In this document: positions 14,037 through 21,251 of the stretch, in pieces
Layout of the letters: each line of letters starts with the position of its first letter
How positions within the stretch are numbered: position 1 is the stretch's first letter
DNA from: Leptolyngbyaceae cyanobacterium RM1_406_9
GTDB taxonomy: Bacteria > Cyanobacteriota > Cyanobacteriia > Elainellales > Elainellaceae
Reading direction: 5' to 3'
NCBI GenBank assembly: GCA_012033355.1
Contig: JAAUQZ010000002.1
Location: 25,604 to 49,603, forward strand
DNA length: 24,000 nt
Notes under the pieces: model-generated
The model's database searches: none
Told to the model about the DNA's origin: nothing
What the model saw: the letters and a program-made list of their open reading frames with translations, nothing else
Translations under genes and position numbers: made by a program

Positions 14037-15056
14037 TCAACGCATATTTTGTTTTCGTTCTGCTTTTGGGTCGCGAGTTCCAGCAGCAGCAAGCTCGGCA
14101 TCAAGCAATGTTTTTCCGGTCGCCGCCAGATAAACGTCATCCAGGCTAGGACGGGCTTGAGAAATCCCAAATGTGGGTAGTCCAGCTTCTTTCAAGGACT
14201 GCTGAATGGTGATCAAGGCTTCGCTCTGTGGATCAACGACGAGGTTTAATGAATTGCCCTGCGCCTCGTTGATGATTACTTCCTGCACAAAGGGGAGATC
14301 TTTGAGCATCGTTCTAGCGATTTCGGCTTCGTCGGGTGGGGTAAATTCTCGAAGGCGGAGAGTGATGCGATCGCCCCCCACTCTATCCTTCAACTCAGAC
14401 GGCGTACCTGTGGCGATGACTACACCCTTATCTATAATTGCGACTCGATCCGCTAGCGCGTCCACTTCTTCTAAATAGTGACTGGTGATTAAAACCGTCG
14501 TGCCATTGCTGCGAAGCTGGCGCAAAAAGTCCCACACGGCAGTGCGGCTTTCGATGTCTAGCCCAACCGTTGGTTCGTCTAACACCAAAACATCAGGCTG
14601 GTGCAGCAGTCCCGCTGCCAAATCTAGCCGCTTCTTCAAACCACCCGAATAGGTCCCAGTTTTTTGGTCTGCCCAGTCAGATAAGCCCAGCAGTAAAAGC
14701 ATTTGGTCAATTCGCGCTTTGGCAGTGCTGCGCGGCAGATGGTAGAGTGCTGCCTGAAGCTGAAGCAACTCTCGCCCAGTCAGCACTTTGTCGAGGGCGA
14801 CTTCTTGCGCCACATAACCCAGCAGTTGCCGCGCCATTTTAGGGTTGTCTAGAACTGAAACGCCTGACACCTCTAGCTTTCCAGCATCAGGAGTAGCAAG
14901 CGTACAGAGGCAGCGCAAAGTCGTCGTTTTGCCTGCCCCGTTTGGCCCAAGCAGCCCAAAGATTTCTCCAGGCTCAACCTGGAGCGAAACCTCTTTGACC
15001 GCTTCGACGCTGCCAAAGCGCTTTTGAAGTTTTTCAATGAAGACTGCGGGAGACAT
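14037..15056 (-). CDS. ABC transporter ATP-binding protein, ABC-2/DrrA-like subfamily with a C-terminal extension
   Basis: In the ORF-track frame 14037..15095, ATGs occur at 15095, 15068 and 15056. I prefer 15056 (MSPAVFIEKLQKRFGS...), which has a GAAGGG-like SD, but the start is uncertain. It has Walker A GPNGAGKTT, the signature YSGGLKKR and Walker B VLVLDEPTVGLD. No cognate permease ORF is adjacent. Confidence 0.85.
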   Translation of the reverse strand: MSPAVFIEKLQKRFGSVEAVKEVSLQVEPGEIFGLLGPNGAGKTTTLRCLCTLATPDAGKLEVSGVSVLDNPKMARQLLGYVAQEVALDKVLTGRELLQLQAALYHLPRSTAKARIDQMLLLLGLSDWADQKTGTYSGGLKKRLDLAAGLLHQPDVLVLDEPTVGLDIESRTAVWDFLRQLRSNGTTVLITSHYLEEVDALADRVAIIDKGVVIATGTPSELKDRVGGDRITLRLREFTPPDEAEIARTMLKDLPFVQEVIINEAQGNSLNLVVDPQSEALITIQQSLKEAGLPTFGISQARPSLDDVYLAATGKTLLDAELAAAGTRDPKAERKQNMR

Positions 15057-15124
15057 ATCACCCTTCATGGGTTCACAAATGATGGAACAGTTCAATTTTA
15101 AGGCGATGTCAGCTTTGTCGAACT

Positions 15125-15205
15125 GCCCTCACCCTAAATTCTTCTCTCCAGAGCTACCGTGTATAGACAGATATCTGGGGAGAAGGGGTGGGGTGGGGTG
15201 AGGGG
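15125..15205. repeat. long imperfect palindrome with G-rich heptamer arm
   Basis: CCCTCACCC..TTCTCTCCAG (15126-15150) faces CTGGGGAGAAGGGGTGGGGTGGGGTGAGGGG (15175-15205). The loop contains CTACCGTGTATAGACA (15154-15169), which matches the MITE TIR at 8597-8612 in 14 of 16 positions. Confidence 0.65.
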
Positions 15206-15233
15206 TTTCGCTGCACATCGCATGACTCGTGTT

Positions 15234-16214
15234 CTATCCCCAGGAGCGGCTATTGACTAGAGCGGTCAGATTGTCTGCCAAAGCGTCTGTGATTTGATGG
15301 GTGATCGGCAGGCTATCAACCCCCATTCCTGCACAAAGCAGCATCATGTAGAGGATGGAGTATTTGAATAGCGATCGCGCCAATTGTTGATCAGAGGGCG
15401 ATCGCAGCAAGGCCCAAGCCTTTGCTGCAAAAATGCCGCCTAGCACCAGTGCTACAGCCGTATAAACTGCACCCATCACGTGTAGCGGGTATACCAGCAG
15501 CAGCGTCACCGGAATCAACAGCAGCGTGTAAATCCAGATTTGGCGGGCAGTGGGAGCATCGCCAACAATCACAGGCAGCATCGGCACCTTCACTTTGGCG
15601 TAATCTTCGCGAATCATCATCGCCAGCGCCCAAAAGTGAGGCGGTGTCCAGAAAAAGACGATCGCAAAAAACACCCAGGCTGCCCAGCTAAGCTCACCCG
15701 TGACCGCAGCCCAGCCCACCAGCGGCGGAATCGCGCCAGCCGCACCGCCAATTACAATGTTTTGGGTGCTGTGGCGCTTGAGCCAGTGAGTGTAGACGAC
15801 AACATAAGTGGCAATGCCCGACATTGCCAGCAGTGCGCTCAGCAGGTTGGCAAAGACGGTCAGCAAGGTAAAGGAAAGAGCGGCAAGGGCGATCGCAAAC
15901 AGCAGTGCATCACGCGGCTGTATCCGTCCAGAGGGCAGGGGACGATGGCGAGTTCGCTCCATTTCATAGTCAATGTCGCGATCGTAGAGACAGTTAATTG
16001 TATTGGCGGAAGCCGCAGCAAACCCGCCGCTCAGCAGCGTCACCAGCAGCAGCAGCGGATCGACTCTGCCTTCCGCAGCGATCCACATACTGCCTGCGGT
16101 GGTGATCAGCAGCAAGATAATGATGCGGGGCTTAGTTAACTGCCAGTAGCTTTGCACCACCTGCCAAAGGTTTTGGTGGTGACGGGGGGCATCATTCCAA
16201 ACAGTTTCATGCAT
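15234..16214 (-). CDS. ctaB: protoheme IX farnesyltransferase (heme O synthase)
   Basis: The 326-aa polytopic membrane ORF is in the UbiA prenyltransferase family, with [23 protein letters not shown] (the Asp-rich motif of CyoE/CtaB). It lies between ctaA and the rest of the locus, as in other cyanobacteria. Confidence 0.93.
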   Translation of the reverse strand: MHETVWNDAPRHHQNLWQVVQSYWQLTKPRIIILLLITTAGSMWIAAEGRVDPLLLLVTLLSGGFAAASANTINCLYDRDIDYEMERTRHRPLPSGRIQPRDALLFAIALAALSFTLLTVFANLLSALLAMSGIATYVVVYTHWLKRHSTQNIVIGGAAGAIPPLVGWAAVTGELSWAAWVFFAIVFFWTPPHFWALAMMIREDYAKVKVPMLPVIVGDAPTARQIWIYTLLLIPVTLLLVYPLHVMGAVYTAVALVLGGIFAAKAWALLRSPSDQQLARSLFKYSILYMMLLCAGMGVDSLPITHQITDALADNLTALVNSRSWG

Positions 16215-16254
16215 TAGTGAGTTTCCTAGAATCGGTAAGGCAAGGCAGCCAGGG

Positions 16255-17235
16255 TCAGGTGGGAAGTGGGGGGTGAGGAGTGGGGAGTGGGGAGTGCGAA
16301 GAGGTTTTAGTAGATTGGCGATCGCGCATTCCCAGGGCAGTAAAACAGACTAACGTACCCAGTAGGGCGGCTCCGACCGCTTGATGGGCGATGGTAAGCG
16401 GCTCAATTTGCAGATGGAAGTGGAAGGTCGCAAATCCTAACGCCACTTGGAGCAGCAGGAACCCTCCAGCCAAGTAAGATAGTCGTCGCAGAGCAGGATA
16501 GAGAGCCGGAGTACGCCAGGCTAAAATCACAACCGCCAGAGTCATCAGGCTCGCCGGGACTACACCCAGCAAATGAGTATTCATCACCTCACAAAGTTGG
16601 GAGCCTGCTAAACACTGGTGCAGCGCCCAGCGAGAACCAACCAGTGCCCCCGATAGGCTTTGCAGATAAACCAAAATTGCGGCTGTAAGGCTAACCCAGG
16701 GCAGTTTACCGACGTTACCCGTTCCCTGATAAGGCAGTAGCGCTACCCCCATCAACAGCAGAGTGGTAAAGAACAGCAGTGCCGTTCCCAGGTGGGCTGT
16801 GACGATATCAAATCGCAATAGCTGGGTAACGGTGAGTCCACCCAGAATGCCTTGAAACACAATCAGGCTAAGAGCAAGGGTAGCCACCCAGGGTGTCCAG
16901 CGGGGCAGGGCGCGACGGTGCCAGACGCTCAGGGCGACGAGGGCGATCGCCATCAGCCCAATTAGCGCTGCATCAAGCCGATGAAACCACTCTAGAAATA
17001 CCTGCAAGTTCATCTGCTGGCTGGGAACTAGAGTGCCATAGCACAGCGGCCAATCGGGGCAGGCCAGCCCTGCATTCATGACGCGAGTGGCGCTGCCGAT
17101 CGCCATCAACAGAAAAGTGGCGATCGCCATCTTCCACACCAACCGTCGAATCTGATCTTGAGGCTGAAGCGACAATTTAACTGGAGAAGAAACGGATTTT
17201 GGCATATCTTGACGGGCTGGATAGGAATCAGTCAT
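16255..17235 (-). CDS. ctaA: heme A synthase (COX15/CtaA)
   Basis: The 326-aa polytopic membrane ORF has the CPDWPLCYG motif and conserved His-containing helices ([22 protein letters not shown]). A GGAGG Shine-Dalgarno sits about 9 nt upstream of the ATG at 17235. The last 12 or so codons are encoded by a heptamer repeat. Confidence 0.9.
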   Translation of the reverse strand: MTDSYPARQDMPKSVSSPVKLSLQPQDQIRRLVWKMAIATFLLMAIGSATRVMNAGLACPDWPLCYGTLVPSQQMNLQVFLEWFHRLDAALIGLMAIALVALSVWHRRALPRWTPWVATLALSLIVFQGILGGLTVTQLLRFDIVTAHLGTALLFFTTLLLMGVALLPYQGTGNVGKLPWVSLTAAILVYLQSLSGALVGSRWALHQCLAGSQLCEVMNTHLLGVVPASLMTLAVVILAWRTPALYPALRRLSYLAGGFLLLQVALGFATFHFHLQIEPLTIAHQAVGAALLGTLVCFTALGMRDRQSTKTSSHSPLPTPHPPLPT

Positions 17236-17659
17236 CAGCTATGCCTCCGTAGTGAGTTGAGAAGTGAGTTGAGAATCATTCAATACCAAATCGATACCAA
17301 AGTTGACAAAACCTGAGTATTTACTTCATTCGCTACCTGCTACTGATTTGAAGTAGCTCTATTCACCAGCTTAGCGATGCAATTCACAGGCGGGAAAAGC
17401 TTTAGGATTTTCTTCGGATTGTGGCAGAAAAATTCTTAGCTGAAGGAATTAAAAAACTGAGGCTTAAAGATAGGTTTCGCCCAAATCTTTTACAAGATTT
17501 AATATTGCAACTTTTACTTGTAGTGATTGCTACACAAGGGCTGCTGAGATCCCAAAAAAAGAGTTAAGGATGGATATCAATTCTGTGAGGTTCTCAATTC
17601 CTGCTTTAACGTGGTAATTGAACGGAACCAAAGCTGAGTGAGCTCAACCAAAACTTACC

Positions 17660-18676
17660 GTGAAAATTCCAAGCAACATTCTTACCCTGCTAGCGGGTGT
17701 CATCCTGACGCTGGTTAGTCTTTGGTATGGTCAAAACCACGGTTTACTGCCCGAAGCCGCTTCAGACGAAGCCGCACTAGTTGACGGGCTGTTTAACTCC
17801 ATGATGACGGTCTCAATTGGGCTGTTCATCCTAGTGCAGGGAGTACTAATTATCTCTGCCATTCGTTTTCGCCGTCGCGCTGGTGACAACACCGATGGTC
17901 CGCCGATTCATGGCAACATTCCGCTGGAGATTGTCTGGACGGCAATTCCAGCCGTAATTGTTCTGGTAATTGGGGTCTACAGTTTTGATATCTACAAGGC
18001 GATGGGCGGCTTCGACCCCCAGGCAGCGACCGATCCTGGCATCACTCAAATCGCCATGCTGCCTGGAGAATCGGTTCCTGGGCTAATCGATTCGAGTAGC
18101 CAGCCCAAACCACGCCACGCTCACAATCACGTTGCCCTCGGAGTTGGTGCGTTCCCCGAAGATGAAGGCCGACCGGCCGATGTGAACGTTGACGTAATGG
18201 GGTTGCAGTATGCCTGGATCTTTACCTACCCTGACAGTGGCGTAACTTCAGGTGAGTTACACATTCCTGTGAACAAAGAGGTGCAGCTTAACATCAAGGC
18301 GCAGGATGTGCTTCACGCCTTTTGGCTACCCGAATTTCGGCTGAAGCAAGATGCTATTCCCGGTCGAGATACAGAGTTGCGATTTGTCCCCCGACACATC
18401 GGCACCTATCCGGTCATTTGTGCAGAACTGTGTGGTGCCTATCATGGTGCGATGAACACGAAGCTGTATGTTCAGAGCCAGGAAGAGTATGACGGCTGGC
18501 TTCAAGAGCAGATTGCAAGTTTGAATGACCCTAATCAGGCTATTGCAATGAGGGCGATCGCCCCCTCCGAAAGTCGTTCTAACGCTGAATTCTTGGCCCC
18601 CTTTGCAAGCCAGATGGGAATCGACACCGCAGCCCTGGAGCAGCTTCATCCCCAGCACATCTCAATGAATCGTTAA
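17660..18676 (+). CDS. ctaC: cytochrome c oxidase subunit II
   Basis: The ORF starts with GTG, and its N-terminus (M)KIPSNILTLLAGVILTLVSLWYGQNHGLLP is typical of cyanobacterial CtaC. The CuA ligand set is intact: HAFWLPEF and CAELCGAYHGAM. Confidence 0.93.
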   Translation: MKIPSNILTLLAGVILTLVSLWYGQNHGLLPEAASDEAALVDGLFNSMMTVSIGLFILVQGVLIISAIRFRRRAGDNTDGPPIHGNIPLEIVWTAIPAVIVLVIGVYSFDIYKAMGGFDPQAATDPGITQIAMLPGESVPGLIDSSSQPKPRHAHNHVALGVGAFPEDEGRPADVNVDVMGLQYAWIFTYPDSGVTSGELHIPVNKEVQLNIKAQDVLHAFWLPEFRLKQDAIPGRDTELRFVPRHIGTYPVICAELCGAYHGAMNTKLYVQSQEEYDGWLQEQIASLNDPNQAIAMRAIAPSESRSNAEFLAPFASQMGIDTAALEQLHPQHISMNR

Positions 18677-18699
18677 TTTAGAAGTCGCAACAGCCAGCT

Positions 18700-20418
18700 A
18701 TGACACAAGCAGAATGGCAATCCACTACCACCCCCACCACCGAAGGCGCGATTCCGGGGCAGCGGAAGTGGCAAGACTACTTTACGTTTAACACTGACCA
18801 CAAAGTAATCGGGATTCAGTACCTGGTTACATCTTTCATCTTCTACATGATTGGCGGCGCTTTGGCCACCGCCATTCGCACGGAGCTAGCCACGCCAGAG
18901 TCAGACTTGGTTAGCCCGGAACTCTACAACAACCTGCTGACCGTTCACGGCACAGTGATGATCTTCCTCTGGATCATTCCGGCAGGGTCAGGGCTAGCAA
19001 ACTATCTGATTCCGCTGATGGTCGGGGCGCGAGACATGGCATTCCCTAAGATGAATGCTCTCGCCTTCTGGATGGTTCCCCCGGCAGGGTTAGCGCTAAT
19101 CGGCAGCTTTTTCCTGGAAGCGCCCCAAGCAGGCTGGACTTCCTACCCGCCGTTGAGCCTGATGACGGGCAAGGTAGGGGAAGGAATCTGGATTTTTACC
19201 CTGCTGGTCTTGGGAACATCTTCAATCTTGGGTGCAATCAACTTTTTTGTCACCATCCTGCGGATGCGCGTGCCCAGCATGGGGATTAACGATATGCCCC
19301 TGTTTTGCTGGTCAATGCTGGCAGCTTCGGCGCTCATCCTGATTGGTACGCCCGTATTGGCAGGGGCACTGATTTTGCTGGCGTTTGATCTGCTGGCAGG
19401 GACGGCATTTTTTAACCCCACGGGGGGCGGCGACCCGATTGTTTACCAGCATATGTTCTGGTTTTACTCGCATCCGGCGGTTTACATCATGATTTTGCCG
19501 CTATTTGGCGCAATTTCAGATATTCTCCCGGTTCATGCGCGGAAGCCGATCTTTGGCTATCGGGCGATCGCCTATTCCAGCCTCGCCATCAGCTTCTTGG
19601 GGCTAATCGTCTGGGCCCACCATATGTTTACCAGCGGCACTCCGGCCTGGTTGCGGATGTTCTTCATGATCACCACAATGGTGATCGCCGTGCCCACCGG
19701 AATTAAGGTATTTGGCTGGCTAGCCACGATTTGGGGCGGCAAGATCCAGCTTAATAGCGCCATGCTGTTTGCGATGGGATTTATTTCGATGTTCGTAATT
19801 GGCGGTATCAGCGGCGTAATGGTCGCGGCGGTGCCCTTCGACATTCACGTTCACGACACCTACTTCATCGTGGCGCATCTGCACTATGTGCTGTTTGGCG
19901 GCAGCGTGTTTGGTATCTATTCTGCAATTTATCACTGGTTCCCTAAAATGACCGGACGAATGATGAATGAGCCGCTGGGCATCGTTCACTTTGTTCTCAC
20001 GTTCATTGGCATGAACCTGACCTTCATGCCGATGCACGAACTGGGTCTGTTGGGAATGAACCGTCGAATTGCGCTGTACGATCCAAAATTTGCGACGCTC
20101 AACTTGGTCTGCACGATTGGCACCTACATCCTTGCCGTTTCAACTCTGCCATTCCTGGCAAACGCAGGCTGGAGTTGGATCAGCGGCAAAAAGGCAGGAA
20201 ACAATCCCTGGCGGGCTCTAACCTTTGAGTGGATGACGACCTCACCCCCAGCGATCGAAAATTTTGAGCAGTTGCCCGTCCTAACCAGCGGTCCGTATGA
20301 CTACGGCTTAAGCAAGCGCAATCCGCAAATGGAGCCAGAGGAATCTCGATCCAATGTCGAGGCTCCGCCTGGGTTTATTCCACCTGAAGAGGCAAGGGCC
20401 GGAAGTCCAGAGCCTTAA
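18700..20418 (+). CDS. ctaD: cytochrome c oxidase subunit I
   Basis: The 572-aa ORF has heme-copper oxidase hallmarks: HGTVMIFLWIIP, WFYSHPAVYIMILP (CuB His/Tyr region), VWAHHMFTSG and HDTYFIVAHLHYVL. Confidence 0.96.
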   Translation: MTQAEWQSTTTPTTEGAIPGQRKWQDYFTFNTDHKVIGIQYLVTSFIFYMIGGALATAIRTELATPESDLVSPELYNNLLTVHGTVMIFLWIIPAGSGLANYLIPLMVGARDMAFPKMNALAFWMVPPAGLALIGSFFLEAPQAGWTSYPPLSLMTGKVGEGIWIFTLLVLGTSSILGAINFFVTILRMRVPSMGINDMPLFCWSMLAASALILIGTPVLAGALILLAFDLLAGTAFFNPTGGGDPIVYQHMFWFYSHPAVYIMILPLFGAISDILPVHARKPIFGYRAIAYSSLAISFLGLIVWAHHMFTSGTPAWLRMFFMITTMVIAVPTGIKVFGWLATIWGGKIQLNSAMLFAMGFISMFVIGGISGVMVAAVPFDIHVHDTYFIVAHLHYVLFGGSVFGIYSAIYHWFPKMTGRMMNEPLGIVHFVLTFIGMNLTFMPMHELGLLGMNRRIALYDPKFATLNLVCTIGTYILAVSTLPFLANAGWSWISGKKAGNNPWRALTFEWMTTSPPAIENFEQLPVLTSGPYDYGLSKRNPQMEPEESRSNVEAPPGFIPPEEARAGSPEP

Positions 20419-20433
20419 GCAGAACGGCTCGTT

Positions 20434-20484
20434 GGTGGGCAGTGCCCACCCTACACGCTCTCAGTAGGGTGGGCACTGCCCACC
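20434..20484. repeat. double palindrome GGTGGGCAGTGCCCACCCTAC / GTAGGGTGGGCACTGCCCACC
   Basis: The two 21-mers (20434-20454 and 20464-20484) are exact reverse complements, and each is internally palindromic. They sit in the ctaD-ctaE spacer. Confidence 0.85.
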
Positions 20485-20526
20485 TCGTAAAATCTATAAA
20501 ATCGCATTCATAGGTATCAGAAACTT

Positions 20527-21150
20527 ATGCAAGGTTCAACGATTGATCCCGCTAAGACTGCACTCAACTATCATCACGAAACTGAGGCAGCCGCTCACCA
20601 CGAGGAACATCCCGACCATCGTCTGTTTGGATTGCTCGTCTTCCTGGGTGCTGAGAGCATGATCTTTGCAGGTCTGTTTCTGGCATACCTGACTTTCCGC
20701 GTGGTTGCTCCGGTTTGGCCGCCCGAAGGCACCCCCGAACGCGAACTGCTAGTGCCGGGAATCAACACGCTGATTCTGATTTCTAGCAGCTTTGTGATCC
20801 ATCAGGCAGATGTGGCGGTTAAGAAAAATAACGTTAACGGCTTGCGTACCTGGTTTCTGGCGACTGCGGTGATGGGCGCAATCTTCCTGGCAGGTCAGGT
20901 GTACGAGTACAACAACCTGGAATTTGGATTAAAGACGAACCTATATGCCAGTACCTTTTATGTGTTGACTGGCTTTCACGGGTTACACGTCTTTCTGGGA
21001 CTGTGCTTGATTTTGGCGGTGCTGTGGCGATCGCGTAACAAGGAACACTACTCCGGTGAACATCACTTTGGCGTAGAAGCCGCAGAACTCTACTGGCACT
21101 TTGTAGACGTAATCTGGATTGTGCTGTTCTTCCTGCTTTACATTCTTTAG
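20527..21150 (+). CDS. ctaE: cytochrome c oxidase subunit III
   Basis: The 207-aa ORF is a polytopic membrane protein with the conserved C-terminal region TGFHGLHVFLG...YWHFVDVIWIVLF, typical of COX3. Confidence 0.93.
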   Translation: MQGSTIDPAKTALNYHHETEAAAHHEEHPDHRLFGLLVFLGAESMIFAGLFLAYLTFRVVAPVWPPEGTPERELLVPGINTLILISSSFVIHQADVAVKKNNVNGLRTWFLATAVMGAIFLAGQVYEYNNLEFGLKTNLYASTFYVLTGFHGLHVFLGLCLILAVLWRSRNKEHYSGEHHFGVEAAELYWHFVDVIWIVLFFLLYIL

Positions 21151-21161
21151 CGATCGCTGGT

Positions 21162-21198
21162 TAAGATCTGCGACTTCTCAGAAAAGTCGCAGATCTTA
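21162..21198 (+). repeat. perfect 15-bp stem-loop directly after ctaE
   Basis: TAAGATCTGCGACTT (21162-21176), loop ctcagaa, then AAGTCGCAGATCTTA (21184-21198). It begins 12 nt after the ctaE stop and has no adjacent T-tract. Confidence 0.75.
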
Positions 21199-21217
21199 TG
21201 CCTCAATTCGTTTTGAA

Positions 21218-21250
21218 GGGGGGGGACATTGCCCACCCCTTTTGTTTATT
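21218..21250 (+). terminator. candidate rho-independent terminator for ctaCDE (shared convergent gap)
   Basis: GGGGGGGG (21218-21225), loop acattg, then CCCACCCC (21232-21239; 7 GC pairs and one mismatch), followed by TTTTGTTTATT (21240-21250). It ends 1 nt before the stop of the convergent peptidase gene. Confidence 0.65.
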
Positions 21251-21251
21251 G

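Noticed and set aside
14206-16139. Multiple ORFs antisense to or out of frame with the ABC ATPase and ctaB (14206..14478, 14570..14842, 14845..15027, 14873..15061, 15391..15633, 15422..15691, 15540..16139)
   Set aside because: They overlap strongly supported genes. Their Arg/Ser/Gln-rich translations are typical of antisense frames in GC-rich coding DNA.
17303-17331. TTGACA at 17303-17308 as a ctaC promoter -35 element
   Set aside because: No acceptable -10 hexamer lies 16-19 bp downstream (TCATTC is the best), so I did not call a promoter. The TSS needs experimental mapping.
17846-20037. Antisense ORFs within ctaC and ctaD (17846..18049, 18326..18658, 19143..19421, 19572..19844, 19720..20037)
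   Set aside because: They are shadows of highly conserved oxidase subunit genes.
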